Positions 1 to 13,225 are shown, numbered from the stretch's first letter. The stretch: 64,000 nucleotides of DNA from Octopus sinensis (GCF_006345805.1 NC_043012.1:31620001-31684000); one strand, 5' to 3'. Notes: a model not told the origin generated them from the sequence alone. Made by a program: numbers and translations.

Positions 1-1600
1 ATGGTGTCGAAGGCTTCGTTATTGAGAGGGTGTGTGTGGAGATGTATGGTAAGGCTTTTGGTTGTAAGTTTTTCTTTGATTTGGATGTCTCAGTTCCTTG
101 ATGTTAAGTTGAAGGGCACGTTGAATGCATTTGTCAATAAGTGAAGGTGGATAGTTCCTGGTGATTGGGTATCTTTTAGTTCTTGTAGTCGTGTGTCTCT
201 GGTGTTTGCGTTAGAGACTATAGTGCATATCCTTTTTGCTAGATTGAAGGGGATATTCATCCTGGTGTGTCTGGGGTGGCATGAATTGAATGGAAGATAT
301 TGCTTAGAGTCTGTAGGCTTATAGTATATGTCTGTTTCTATTATATTATTAGCTTTCTTAATGAGGATATCGAGGAAGGGGAGTTGTTGTTGGCTATATT
401 CCATCGTGAATTGGATGTTTACGTCCAGTCCGTTTAAAATTTTCTGGAATTCTATGAGTTTTTCTATATTTTTATACCAAAGGATGAACAGTCATCTAGA
501 TATCTCTTCCAGTTGTTTTCTATGTAGATGGAGAAAGGGCTGCCATATCTTTCTAGAACCTTACGATACACAGACTGATCTCTAGGTATCCTATGACTAG
601 GTTGGCAAAGGAGGGGCCATTCGTGTACACATCGCAGTCCCCGATTTTTGTCGGTAGAAGTTGTCATTGAAGGCGAAGAAGTTATTTTCCAGGATGAATT
701 TAACCCCTTCTATCACAAATTCTTTTTTGATGCGGTGTGTAGTTCGTTGGCGTGATTCTCTAGCCAGAATTGGATTGCCTCTAGTCCTAGGTTGTGGGGG
801 ATATTGGAGTAGAGGTTGACTACATCGAAGAATACCAGTATGGTGTTTTTGTTTATAGTATTCGGTAGGTGATTGAGCAATATCTAAGTCGTCCCTTATA
901 TAGCTTTTGACATGTTTGAGGAGTGGTTTTAACAGGGTGTCTAAAAAGTTACTGAGGCGGTGGGTTTCGCATGCGGGACCTGCTATTATGGGTCTCAATT
1001 TGAGGTCATTAGGATTAGGGACTTTAATTATTTTGTCTGTAGCTATCTTGCATGCGTTGCTTATTTTTTCACTTTTGTGGATCTTAGGTATACCGTAGAA
1101 TTGGCTAGTTTTACTTGTGAAATTGGTCATATAATCATATTCTTTGTCGGTTAGCCCTGCTTTGTATGGGTTTACTATGGATTTTAGTTCCCTCATTATT
1201 TTTTGTTGACTGTAGTTTTGTGCCTTTTCATAGTATGTTGTGTCTTCCAGCATAGAAAGTACCAAAGTTATGTAAAATGTCGTATCCATTAAGACAACAG
1301 CACTCCCTTTATCGGCCTCTTTGATTGTTATTGTTTTATCTAGTTTTAATTTGTTCAACTCAGCCCATTCTTTTTTGCTGAAGTTTGGTTTGTGTTTTTG
1401 TTTGTGCATATGTTGATATGGGTAATTTGATATGTGGTCACAGAAATCATCAAGTGTTTTATTCTTACCTTTCGAGGGGGTGTAGTTACTCCTATTTCTG
1501 GCTAACGATTCGTCCTCGTTGTATTTATCGTATAGCTCCTCAGTAAGTCTTAATTTTCTGCAGAATTCTGCGATGTCTTCTTTCATTTCATTTCATTGTA
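1..1600 (-). mobile_element. Penelope-like retroelement (PLE) reverse transcriptase, frameshifted; runs off the window start
   Basis: Three overlapping minus frames (597-1586, 464-667, 90-404) carry PLE RT motifs: F.RKLRL, IKEADKGSAVV, FYGIPKIHK, LRPIIAG, FILENNFFAFNDNFYRQKSGTAM, WKRYLDD, LPFLDI, TDIYYKPTDSKQYLPFNSCHPRH. The GIY-YIG domain would lie off-window. Confidence 0.92.
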
Positions 1601-1680
1601 GTTGGTGGTGTTATATATATATATATATACTAGCAGTATAGCACACACAGATCCTGCCTTATATATATATATACAGATTA

Positions 1681-1736
<56 letters not shown>

Positions 1737-2004
1737 TATATATATATATATAGATATATATATATATATATATGCATGCAGTGTCTTTTTTTGTCTAATG
1801 TTAGATTTAATGCGGTGATATTGATAGCTCTTAATGATACTGGCATTTCGGTGGTTATATTTGTGATCGCGATTTCGCTGGTGGTAATAATGACTTTACT
1901 GAAATCAACTGTGTATACTTACTTACTTAACTGGCGGCGACTTAATTACAGGATTATCAATAACCAGATTTTACATTCTCTTTGATGATACGTTATGGTA
2001 CGTC

Positions 2005-2068
2005 CAACGTTGTCAGTGACCAGGTCGCAGTTTCGAGTGATAAAAATTTTGTCATCACATCATAGACA
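2005..2068 (-). ncRNA. degenerate hammerhead-like motif upstream of the PLE ORF (putative pLTR)
   Basis: Minus strand reads tgtct-atgatg-tgat...atcac-tcGAAAc-tgcgacctg-GTC-actgaca. The stem II hairpin, GAAA and GUC are present but the CUGAUGA core is damaged. Confidence 0.3.
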
Positions 2069-2143
2069 ATAAATGTTTGTAATATGTACCCTCCTTACAG
2101 GCAAATTTCACATACTTTAAGATGGAAGAGAACATATCTATCA

Positions 2144-2309
2144 TAGGCGTAGGCGTGGCTGGGTGGTAGGAAGCTTGCTTCCCAGCCACATGGTTCCACG
2201 TTCAGTCCCGCTGCGTGGCACTTTGGGTAAGTGTCTTCTACTATAGTCTCGGGTCGACCAAAGATTTGTGAGTGGATTTGGTGAACGGAAACTGAAAGAA
2301 GCCCGTCGG

Positions 2310-2346
<37 letters not shown>

Positions 2347-2633
2347 ATATATATATGTCCATATATATACATATATATACACACATACGCACACATATGT
2401 ATATATATATATATATATGTATGGATATGTATTTGTTTGTGTGTCTGAGCTTGTGCCTATGTTTGTTCCCCCACCATCGCTTGACAACCGCTGTTGGTGT
2501 GTTTGCGTCCCCGTAACTTAGCGGTTCGGCAGAAGGAACTGATAGAATATGCACCAAGCTTGCAAAGTATAAGTCCAGGGGTCGATTTCTTCCAGCATGG
2601 CCACAGTCAAATGACTGAAACAGGTAAAAGTAG
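2144..2633 (+). mobile_element. tRNA-derived SINE family A with internal (TA/TG)n
   Basis: Box A/B-like head (tggctgggtggtagg...gttcagtccc), ctttgggtaagtgtcttct CORE-like start, central microsatellite and 3' ccagcatggccacagtcaaatgactgaaac tail. More than 10 copies in the window. Confidence 0.85.
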
Positions 2634-2676
2634 AATTATCTGTCTGTCTGTCTGTCTCTCTCTCTGTCAGACTATG

Positions 2677-2711
<35 letters not shown>

Positions 2712-3507
2712 GTATATCCATCTATCTACGTATGTATGCACAGATGTTCTTTGTGGTGGCGATATTCGCAATAGACTTAGCTTCTGTATAGTTACCGTTG
2801 CTTAAACCCAGAGAAATTCTGACGAAGAAAACCCTCTGGTCAGAAAATATTCCTGTCTTTTATATTACGGAATGCGTTTTAGAGCACATTCTTGGCTGCT
2901 TAACTTTCCCCTAAATCGGATTTTTCTGCTATTTCGAGGAAATAAGATAACTCACCCAATTGTTGTTATTGTATATAGATCTCGCCTGTGAGTTGGTGTC
3001 GAGATTGGTATGGCTTAGTTACCGTTGGTGTTGGCAATAATATTAGTATCAGTGATAAGAATACTGATAAGAATAAATTGCACAGGACACTTTGTACAAG
3101 TATTGGTGATGGTAATACTAGTAACTAGAGAGAAACTTCACTTCGTATTTATGTGTCACTCAAGACAACTTGTTGTGACAAATATTTAGTATAGATATAC
3201 TTAGACTTTCCTTTACTTTCTTGCACAAAATTTACAAATGTGTTTGTATCCTCTTTTTCGTAAGATTATTTATTTATGCACCCAACCTCACTCTCTCTCT
3301 CTCTCTCACAGACACACACACACATACATACACACACGCGCACAAACACACTCATACACATATTCACAGACACATATGTAGCTGATAAGTTCGTGTGGAA
3401 AAAAGGCATACTGGCTAAGTCAAATATACCAGAGACGCATACCAATGATTTATCTGACAGAACAGTTAACAGTCTTCTCTCTCTCTCCCCACCTCTGTCT
3501 GTCTGTA

Positions 3508-3551
<44 letters not shown>

Positions 3552-4000
3552 TTGTGTGTGCGTGTGCATGTGTACAATACAATCTTCTCATGTACTCATA
3601 TACGAACAAACACATGCTCAACTGCTTGAACTATGTAAGATATTGCTTCCCCCTTAAGCCCTCCTCTCTCTCCCTCTATGTCTCTTTTCCATTATCTTTA
3701 CATTTTCTCTTCTATTCATACATTTCTTGGAGATAAAATCTCAAGGAAATCACACAAAATAGACTAAAAAAAAAATTAGAACTAAGCATAGCACAACCGC
3801 AAAACAAACAAAACACAAGACTGCCAAGCCCACACCTGAATGCATTATAAAATTCACTGATTTGTAGGGAGTGGGATAATACAAAATGATTTATGATCAA
3901 ACAAAAACACGAAATTGATTATTTTTACTTCTTCATAGACTCTGTAATCATAGAGTATATATTCATATACTGTATATTCCTCGATACTGTAAACAACTCC

Positions 4001-4190
4001 AAGGCGGCGAGTTGGCACAATCGTTAGCACGCCGGGCAAATGCTTAGCAAAGTTTCGTCTGCCTTTACGTTCTGAGTTCAAATTCCACCGGGGTCGATTT
4101 TAATCCTTTCAGAGCGATAAAATAAGTATGAGTAATTGTCTTACACCCTCCCTCGATTTCGCTGGCTTTGTGGCAAAAATTGAAACTAAT
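4001..4190 (+). mobile_element. tRNA-derived SINE family B (Meta-domain-like), diverged
   Basis: ggcggcgagttggcacaatcgttagcacgccggg...gagttcaaattcc head, similar to the other family B copies. Confidence 0.75.
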
Positions 4191-4299
4191 ATTTTAAACA
4201 ACTGTGAACTTAGTGGAGACTATAGAAGTGTTTTTTTTTTAAAGTAGACATTTTGGTCAGAAGAAATTTTCAGTCTTGAGAACATATATTCACCAACGG

Positions 4300-5742
4300 A
4301 CCTAGATTTAAAAAAACATCTTTCTGTATAAAATGGAATAGACTTATGTGTTATACTGAAGGGAATTGGGTATCATTGCTACAACCTCCCTGTCAACAGC
4401 CAAGAGTCCAATTTAATTCAACAAATTGCGGTCATTACCATATTATGTTCCTACATACCTTATTTCTCTTTAACGGTTAAGGAACGAACAGGCATTTATA
4501 TAAAATTTAAAAAACTCTAGGATTTCTATTGACATTCTCAGCTTTTCTGTACAACGAGAGTATGACAAAAAATAAAATAAAATAAAAAAATAAATAATCG
4601 GGGAAAATTCTATGAATTTTATTTGTATAAATTTCATTGAGGCGATCTTACTCTCTGCAACTGTACTAATAGAATTTTATCCAAATATCATAAAACTTAT
4701 AACAGGTTTATTACAGAATATAACCCACTTGGAAATTTGGAAAATTGTTGTGTCTAATTAGTATATTTGAAACTTAAAGACAATTAGTTAATTTTAATGT
4801 TTATTTTGATATCAAACGACTTGTTCTAAAAGATACAACTTAAAACGTGTAAGCAAGACAAGAAGTATGTACGGCGTTCTGCTTACTGAAGTTTGGAAGT
4901 TCAATGGCAGAAATTAATCTTATTTGAAAAGCCTTCACGTTTGCAGCTGAATGTTCTTTTATAGAAAACTGCATTTGTAAGAGTTTGATGCGCAATACAC
5001 TAAGCATTACATTGGCGATAAGTTTATAAAGTGAAAAACTTTGTGATAAATGAAATACTTGAAATATTTGATTGCCAATTTTAGTACTTAGTTTTCAACA
5101 TACATGGGCACAGGATTTAAAATGATACAGTGTAGAAAAAGGAGCAAGATTACATTTCGTGGCAAGTTTCAATTTACTTTCAGAGAATCTAAAAACATAG
5201 TAGCTCCTGGACGAGTTGCACAATACAATGATGTCTGCCATCAAACGAAATCTGTTGTAAAGGTTTTTAAAATTGCAGTGATTTTTAAAAATGTCTTGGT
5301 TCTCTCCAGATTCAGAATCACTTGTATTATCGTCCTCCTCTTCGCTGTTGATCGTATCATTTGTCTCTTGTAAGATCTCCATCAACTTCTATGGATCCAA
5401 CTTTAGACGTTGTTCATTTTAGACATTGCCTTTCAGATATTGTTCATTGCTTCGGATGCCACAAAGCCTAAAAGCAAAGACATATATATATTTATATCAT
5501 AGAGAGCACTATGGAATCAATTTGACCCAAACCAAAAGAATGTAACCACAACAACAACAACAACAGCAACAACAGCAACAACAACAACAACAACAACAAC
5601 TACAATGGAGACGAAATTGCAAGAATGTAAACAGTTAATAAGAAAGAACATTAAAAAAGGTAGAATATTGAATCATAAAACCTGACAGTGTTTTAAATAA
5701 TGCTGGGGTCATATTGACCCCATGGTAGCAGTTAAGGGTTAA
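4300..5742 (-). mobile_element. piggyBac-like DNA transposon remnant
   Basis: Right end reads TTAA|CCCTTAACTGCTACCATGGGGTCAATATGACCCC on minus (TTAA target plus CCC terminus). Acidic N-terminal patch (SEEEDDNTSDSESGE) in ORF 5095-5385; the rest is heavily degraded and the left end was not found. Confidence 0.45.
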
Positions 5743-8257
5743 ATTTATTGTTTTGTGCATATTACTTGTCTAGCTGCAGTACATTGACATTACGAACTTT
5801 AGTTTCTACGGAAGAAGTTCGAGCTTCAGTCGAAGCTATTACATTTACTCTACTAATTCCCCAAATAAACTCACCAATACAATATGCTCATTTCTTCGCA
5901 GTAACATAGCCAGAAGCTAAAGTGTATACTGCCTGGAACAATCATTGAGTTTGCTGCTCCGTATCGGACGTCCAAACTTATATAGGCTTATACAGCAAAC
6001 CCCAAAGTGCTACTCCTATGAAACGTCCACCCAAAAAGGACCGCTCCTCACCCTCTCCTCTAGCTGCGCCACTGCTTCCACAATTCCTAATGGTAAATGA
6101 ATTGAATACATGCTTGCGTATTTCTAGTAAAGAAACTTCATACTATTCCCTGTATTGCACTCAATTTTCTGAGTATAATACACACATAGATACAAACTGC
6201 GCTTTCATCTTCTCTCTTTCCCTGTCATTAAATACGACCACATATCTACACACTGCTAACCCACACAAACATAAGTGCACATATGTGTATGTAGATGTGT
6301 ATGAACTACTTGATATCAGTAATCGCTTCTCAAGATGTTTCTCTATTTAGGAAGTTGAACATATAGTCGATGTATTTGTGCAATTGTCTGTTACGCGATG
6401 TTTGAATATCATAGAACAATCAAAAGTTGTTTGGACTAATCATAAAGCTCACCTTTTGGTATTTCTTTAGAGTCTGTTGGTAAGATTATATCTGTGGATA
6501 TTTCTCTTCGTTGTTTTTTGAATGGATGGAGAGTATTTCCTCACAGAGTGAGCATCCTAAATATTGATATCAGGAAGACACTGTAAATGCATTTTGGTAT
6601 ATGGTCGTTGTATGAATTGTCATACGTTTTGAAGCCTTTTTGTTCTGTTCTATATGTATCGACAACAATTTTACAAGACACATTTTCGTCAATAGCCACG
6701 TATTTGTAGTTCATATTTTGCAGATAAACAGAATCCAGGGACGATGATTTGGAAGAAGTTGAGAAATAGGTTTTTCATGTAGTTTTTTTTTTTATGTTCT
6801 ACGTTGGATATTGAAATTTCTTTTGCATACACTGTATTTCTGTGGCACACTCTTTGAAATATTTTGATTAAATCTAGCAGTTTCTCAGCATTGTAAATAT
6901 TTTCAGTGTAGATCAACATAAATGATGTCTTACAAATGTGCTTCTTGCTATTGTAGTATATAACTACGTTGTATTTCCCCAGAAAATGACTGATTTTAGA
7001 GACTAAATAAACAAACTCCTAAACAGTTTCTTTTAAATATTTATAGAATCGGAAACAGCCAACTTACTTTCAGCAAAGAATGGTTCAGTATATATTTGAG
7101 AGTAATTCAGCAGTAACTAGGGTACTACGTACTTTTTTAAAATACAATGATTGAAGCAGCCGTTAATATCTTTTATGAAATCGTAAACTAGCAAGGTTTC
7201 TTCGGTGATTGCTTTCTCTTCAGATTGCACATCTCGACATAACAATGCTATCTCTTTTTCACCTGCTTACTCGTTAGTCACAAGCTTGCTGTATATGCAG
7301 TGGTTATAGAATCATTTGAGATTACTTATGTAGAACCTGTGTAAAAATAGTTATAATGCCTACCAAGTGCTTGACCTCTCAAATTATGTTATCAAACTTG
7401 TCTTCAAGATTTGTCTGTGCTATGTCATATCATTTTGATTTCAGTTCGGCCTTGATTAAATACCGTTTTGATAGACAGCTGCCTGATATACACAGCATCA
7501 AAATCTTCTGCTATTATATAAATATTAAGTTCCTTTTATTCAGTTAAATACTTTCTCGCTTCGCATATCAAAACTTTAGGGAAAGTTCCAGATTTACTTG
7601 TTTTATGGTGATTGGCATTTTTGCAACATATTAAATAGCTTACAGTTTTGACAGTTATGCAGAAAATGATGTTACTCTTCTTGTGAGTATCAATGATAGT
7701 GAAAACGAATTTCCGAGTCGTGAGTAGTTTCCATTCAGGTTTGATTAAGGGCGAGATGTCAAATAAAATGCATTAATTTTGTATTCGTAGGAGGAAACAG
7801 TCAGTTACAGAGAAATGTTGAATAAGGTTGAGGAAAATGATAAACATTTTAATACACTTCTGCACATCTGTTGTTGATAGCACTATATTTAGGTGGGAAT
7901 TGATATGTGTGTACATACATAATACATACATACATATGTGCATATACTTATATTCATATATAAGTAGACATATTTATATAAAATATATAATGTATGTTTC
8001 TGTATTTATGAATGTACATATACAAATATGTGCATATGTATACATACAACTTTGTATCACAATCAACAACTTTAATCCAAATAAGAAAAATCACTTCTCC
8101 ACCATTTAAATTTGCACTGCTTTACATCAGGATTTCAAGAAATTTTCGAATTTATAGTGTATGTGTTTTGGTGTGATTGGAATCTTAACACTTCATTTAA
8201 TAGCTACGTTTTTTTTTTATGGAAAAGTAGAATACAGTGTTGGTATTAATTGTAGTC

Positions 8258-8400
8258 ATTCAAATTCCTCTGGGGTCGACTTTGCTTTCATCATTTCAGG
8301 GTCGATAAAATAAGTACCAGTTGAGTACTGGGGTCAAAATAATTGACTAACCTTCCCTCTAAAATTTCAGGACTTGTGGCTATAGTACAAAGTGTTATTA
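8258..8400 (+). mobile_element. SINE family B, 5'-truncated
   Basis: ggggtcgactttgctttcatcatttcagggtcgataaaataagtaccagttgagtactgggg core. Confidence 0.75.
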
Positions 8401-8513
8401 ATTGCAGTCATGATAGCGTGGGTAAATTTCCATTTGAGGAGAATTAATTTATGTATGTATATATATATATGTATGTTCGTATATACACTTATATATATAT
8501 ATATATATATATC

Positions 8514-8596
<83 letters not shown>

Positions 8597-8768
8597 ATAT
8601 AATATATATATATATAATAATATATATATATACCAATTATAGGGGTTTATGGGGGTTTTGTTCACAGGTGATGTAAACGATTAGGTACGTTGTAGCGGAT
8701 TACTAGAGATCAAAGTTTATAGCAGAGATGGTAGTTATGCAGCCAATTCAGATTTCCGATGCAGCGGA

Positions 8769-9104
8769 TATATAATTGTTAAACAGGACAACAAACGTTA
8801 AGGCAAGGCAATAGTTACAAGTCGTATACATTATTATTATTGGAATAAAAGTCAAAGTCTTGCAGCTGTTACTGGGATATCCCCAAGTAAGGGATAAATC
8901 GCTCTCGAGAGACAAATAGGGAAAAATAGGCAAAATGAGAATGGTATATATTAATGAGATGCATATATCATTCTCATTTTCCCTATTTTCCTTATTTGTC
9001 TCTGATGACAGAATAACCCATATTTTTTTGCAATAATAATAATATATACGAGTTGAGATGTTTGCCTCGTCTTAACGTTTGTTGTCCTCTTTAGCAATTA
9101 TATC
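8769..9104. repeat. fold-back palindrome P1 with hammerhead-like remnants
   Basis: Arms tataattgttaaacaggacaacaaacgttaaggcaaggcaa / ttgcctcgtcttaacgtttgttgtcctctttagcaattata. Right arm has gtct-CTGATGA at 9002-9008. Left arm on minus has gtct...gtaa-CAGCTG-ca-agac. Confidence 0.8.
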
Positions 9105-9169
9105 TATCTATCTAAAAATTAATACAGAGAGTTGCTTATTTGCAAAAAAAAAAGAAATATAACACGTGA

Positions 9170-9461
9170 CTTCATTGACCGAGGTTACCGTGGTCTTTTC
9201 TGTAGGCTTTTCTTTCCACGGGTAAACCTCACCTATCCTCCCCTTTACACTTCATATTGACATTTCTGTGATAACGATCCCTATTGATCCAATTTCCCCA
9301 CTTTATTTTTTAAATTTACCCCCCCCCCCTTTTGTCCTCTTTTCTTTCCATTTACGATCCTTTTGATCGAAAACCAAAACCCCTTCTTTTACCCCCAAAA
9401 GAAAGCTCTACCTTGTAATTTTGTCCTGTCTGTTGCAGCCCTGTGTGGCTAAAAAGAAACA
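9170..9461 (+). mobile_element. 3' end of a LINE (probably Tx1/L1 group) with (TATC)n tail
   Basis: Ends ttgtcctgtctgttgcagccctgtgtggctaaaaagaaa then (TATC)n; a related end lies at 31966-32049. Confidence 0.55.
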
Positions 9462-9551
<90 letters not shown>

Positions 9552-9590
9552 CTCTATCTATCCATCCACCCATCCATCCATCATCCATCC

Positions 9591-9622
<32 letters not shown>

Positions 9623-9832
9623 ATCTACCTTACCTACCTACCTACCTACCTATCTATATCTATCTATCTATATACATACATACATACATACATACATACA
9701 TACATACATACATACATACATACACACAAACGCACATGCACACACACGGACATGGACACACACACACATACACACACACACACACACACGGACACGGACA
9801 CACACACACGGACACGGACACACACACACACG
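9462..9832. repeat. compound microsatellite (TATC)n/(TC)n/(CCAT)n/(CATA)n/(CA)n
   Basis: Direct reading. Confidence 0.95.
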
Positions 9833-10249
9833 ACGTATACGAACTTTAGGTCAGTTACAATATTTTTCTGACATATTTCAAATTCTAAAAGCAAATTCGC
9901 TGTCGTTACCGCGTAGAAATCAGAACATCTCTTACGGCAAAATTCACAAAAACACCACATTTCCCTGTTGTCATCCGCTGTCAGATTCCCAGAATTTTTA
10001 GCTCTTTATTTATTATCAATGGGAAATACCGAAGAGGGGTTACTGCAGGCAGATTTAAAGCTGCATATTTAAATAAAATGTAGTCAAAAACATTGAGTCA
10101 TTTGCGCTATTAGAGCGCCAGGTAGGAAGAAGCTCAGTAGTATAAACACCAACAGCGTTTAACTTATTCGAACATAAGCCAAGCTGCGTTTAGGTATAAG
10201 TTCCTTATGCCTAAACAGTGCTTGGAGCAGATACAACTTAATATATATA

Positions 10250-10460
10250 TAGGGAGAGTTTACGAAAAAAAAAAAGGACGAAGACAGGTGGTGTACAAAA
10301 CAAACAGATGTATTAGTATAACTCTCAGGAATAGAAAAAGTATTTTACGTTTCGAGCCTACGTTCTTCTACAGAAAGAGACACAGAAAAACAAGGAGAAA
10401 AACAAAGAGAGAAAAAAAGGGGAGAAAAATGTGTGTTGTGGCTAACGATCTATCATGGCG
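10250..10460 (-). mobile_element. short (TA)n-embedded element with hammerhead-like motif (PLE-derived?)
   Basis: TA runs on both sides. Minus 10341-10378 reads tcttt-CTGTAGA-a-gaac-gtag-gctc-GAAA-cg-TA-aaata. Confidence 0.55.
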
Positions 10461-10483
10461 ATATATATATATATATATATATA

Positions 10484-11110
10484 TCGGTGCATTCCAGAAA
10501 TTTTCAGACTTCTTTGAGACAGATATTTGTTAATTTCAAAGGAGTAAAAAACTAAAATCTATTCCGAAGTAAGCTCCTCTGACTTCAATGCACTTGTTAT
10601 AGTACCCCAGACATTTCGTGAATGCCCCATAGAAGTCCTCAAAAATGAAGGTGTCCAGGACACCCTTAGGTAAGGTGAGCAAAAGTTTTGATGTCCATCT
10701 CTGTCAAGTGATTGTAACCGTTGTCTTGGTCCAGGTGCTTTAGGCTTTTGTCTAAAAATCCCTCCCTGAACTCCTTTAACTCCTCCATGAAGCATTGTTT
10801 GCTGACCGTCTGCACAGGAAGAATCTAGTGGAAATAGATGATACGTTTGTTATCGAAAATGGAGATAATTACGTGCTTCCCAGTGGGCTCGCGTTGCCAG
10901 GCTTCTTGTGTCAGGGAAAAACAGATGCTCGGCTCATACAAATGAGCAGTCTGAAGCATTTCATATGTTTCTAGAATTTTTGACCAGTTTAGCACAAAGC
11001 CTAGTCGTATAGCGAGCTTCCAAGTTGTCTTATCGTCTCGATTACATTCAGCAACCAAGTCAGCTGTGACCAACGGTGTTAGTGGGGTGTGTTCAAAGTA
11101 TTGCGATATG
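10484..11110 (-). mobile_element. mariner transposon remnant, internally deleted
   Basis: Minus translations AIRLGFVLNWSKILETYEMLQTA (N-terminal HTH), KHVIISIFDNKRIIYFH, and C-terminus GAFTKCLGYYNKCIEVRGAYFE*; TA flanks. Confidence 0.75.
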
Positions 11111-11157
11111 TGTAGCTATATATGAATATATATATATATATATATTATATATATAAT

Positions 11158-11193
<36 letters not shown>

Positions 11194-11218
11194 ATATAAT
11201 ATATATATATATATATCC

Positions 11219-11423
11219 TATTTACTCTTTTACTTGTTTCAGTCATTTGACTGCGGCCATGTTGTAGCATCGCCTTTAGTCGAGCAAATCGACCCCGGGA
11301 CTTATTCTTTGTAGCCCAGTACTTATTCTATCGGTCTCTTTTGCCGAACCGCTAGTTAACGGGGACGTAAACACACCAGCATCGGTTGTTAAGCAATGCT
11401 AGGGGGAGAAACACAGACACACA

Positions 11424-11454
<31 letters not shown>

Positions 11455-11612
11455 CGACAGGCTTCTTTCAGTTCCGTCTACCAAATCCACACAACAAGGC
11501 ATTGGTCGGCCCGGGGCTATAGCAGAAGACACTTGCCCAAGATGCCACGCAGTGGGACTGAACCCGGAACCATGTGGTTGGTAAGCAAGCTACTTACCAC
11601 ACAGCCACTCCA
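11219..11612 (-). mobile_element. SINE family A
   Basis: Near full-length reverse copy of 41258-41655. Confidence 0.9.
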
Positions 11613-11911
11613 GCCCCTATGTACACGGTAGAGTGAATATATTGTCTAAATTGTGCACAAAAGTGAAACTAACATTGACATCTTATTTTAACAGATATCT
11701 TTACGAAAATTACATAAAAATATCTTGAAATACTAAAGAGGAAATTTATTCAATAAAATCGCCATTTGGCTTCAAAGGCACAGAAGCCTCTGTGCCCTTA
11801 ATCATGATTTTATTTTATACTATTACAAATCTCTACATAGGAATTTACCTAAATAAGTTTATCTTATATGTTGGCGACTGAGAACATTTTTAATGATTTC
11901 ATCCTTTAATG

Positions 11912-11964
<53 letters not shown>

Positions 11965-12991
11965 ATATAGATATAATATAATTATGTATGCACATGCATA
12001 CTTACACACACACATACACATGTATAGAGTATATGCATTTGAGTATGTGTAAATGCATAAATGAATCAGTGTATGGGTGGTTATGTGTGTGTGTTGCGTG
12101 CTTCTATACGCATGTAAAGATTTTTAATGCGTTCATGTCTGCCAAAATGTATCGAAGGTTGGCTTAAGCTAATCTAGAAAGCTGAACCGGTGTTGCAATC
12201 AGCTTGTAAGTGTCGTGCACGATTTACGTTGCTAAGATGCACATATGACCTCTAACCTTTTCATTGTCTCTATCAGTAAGAGACACGTAAATTGTCTATA
12301 CGTCGCCATGCGCAAGCAGTTTGGCTATGTGCCGTTGCTGTTACTTAATCCACTAGAAATAGCAGTCACATCTTCCACAAGTGTCACCTGCAATCATTAA
12401 AAAGAACATTTTGGACATTGTTTTTTTACAATGCCGGAGAAACAACGAATTGGCCACAGCTGATTTATTTCGATCACAGGTCTGCCTTATCAGTGCAAAT
12501 CTGCTGCTAGTAAACAACAGTAATAATAACGACCACTACAAGGACAACCACGACGACAACAATGTCAACAAGAACAACAATTTTCATCTAATCCAACTAA
12601 AATTGATATTAGCATTTACACTTTTAATAATTATTATGGCCGTCAATTCATACAGTTATGTCTTCATGTTTGCTTGTGCTACGTTCTTGGCAATAGCATC
12701 TGTTAATTACCTTTCAAGCTGTCATTCAACTGCAGCTATATCTGAAGAGTAAACGCAAAATAAGTTTTAAATGTCAGAATATGAAGGAGATTTTGCAAAT
12801 GATCGGTGTCCATCAGATGGGAGGACTACATCGTAAATAGAGCAGGACAGTTAAAGTAACAGATTCTACTTACTGTATTTGTGCAAACAAATAGAATGGT
12901 AACCGAGAAATGAAAAGCATTTGGTTGGTTTCTGTCCTCTTTATGTATTTTCGAATCTTTTTTTCTTTTTAAATTCAATATGAAATATATA

Positions 12992-13225
12992 TTTCTTTAC
13001 TACCCACAAGGGGCTAAACACAGAGGGGATAAACAAGGACAGACAAAGGGATTAAGTCGATTACATCGACCCCTGTGCGTAACTGGTACTTAATTTATCG
13101 ACCCCGAAAGGATAAAAGACAAAGTCGACCTCGGCGGAATTTGAACCCGGAACGTAACGACAGACGAAATACGGCTACGCATTTCGCCCGGCGTGCTAAC
13201 GTTTCTGCCAGTTCGCCGCCTTGTT
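12992..13225 (-). mobile_element. SINE family B, young copy with 20-bp TSD
   Basis: aattcaatatgaaatatata duplicated at 12972-12991 and 13226-13245; intact tRNA-like head and gcctttcatcctttcggggtcgataaa-type core. Confidence 0.92.

Noticed and set aside
2810-2855. Hammerhead at ttctgacgaag...ggtcagaa
   Set aside because: CUGACGA and GUC are present but GAAA and stem II are missing; too degraded to call.
12381-12835. Secreted-peptide gene (MAVNSYSYVFMFACATFLAIAS...)
   Set aside because: The ORF starts in an old repeat and an AAC-rich tract; the hydrophobic stretch is followed by stops; no splice or homology support.
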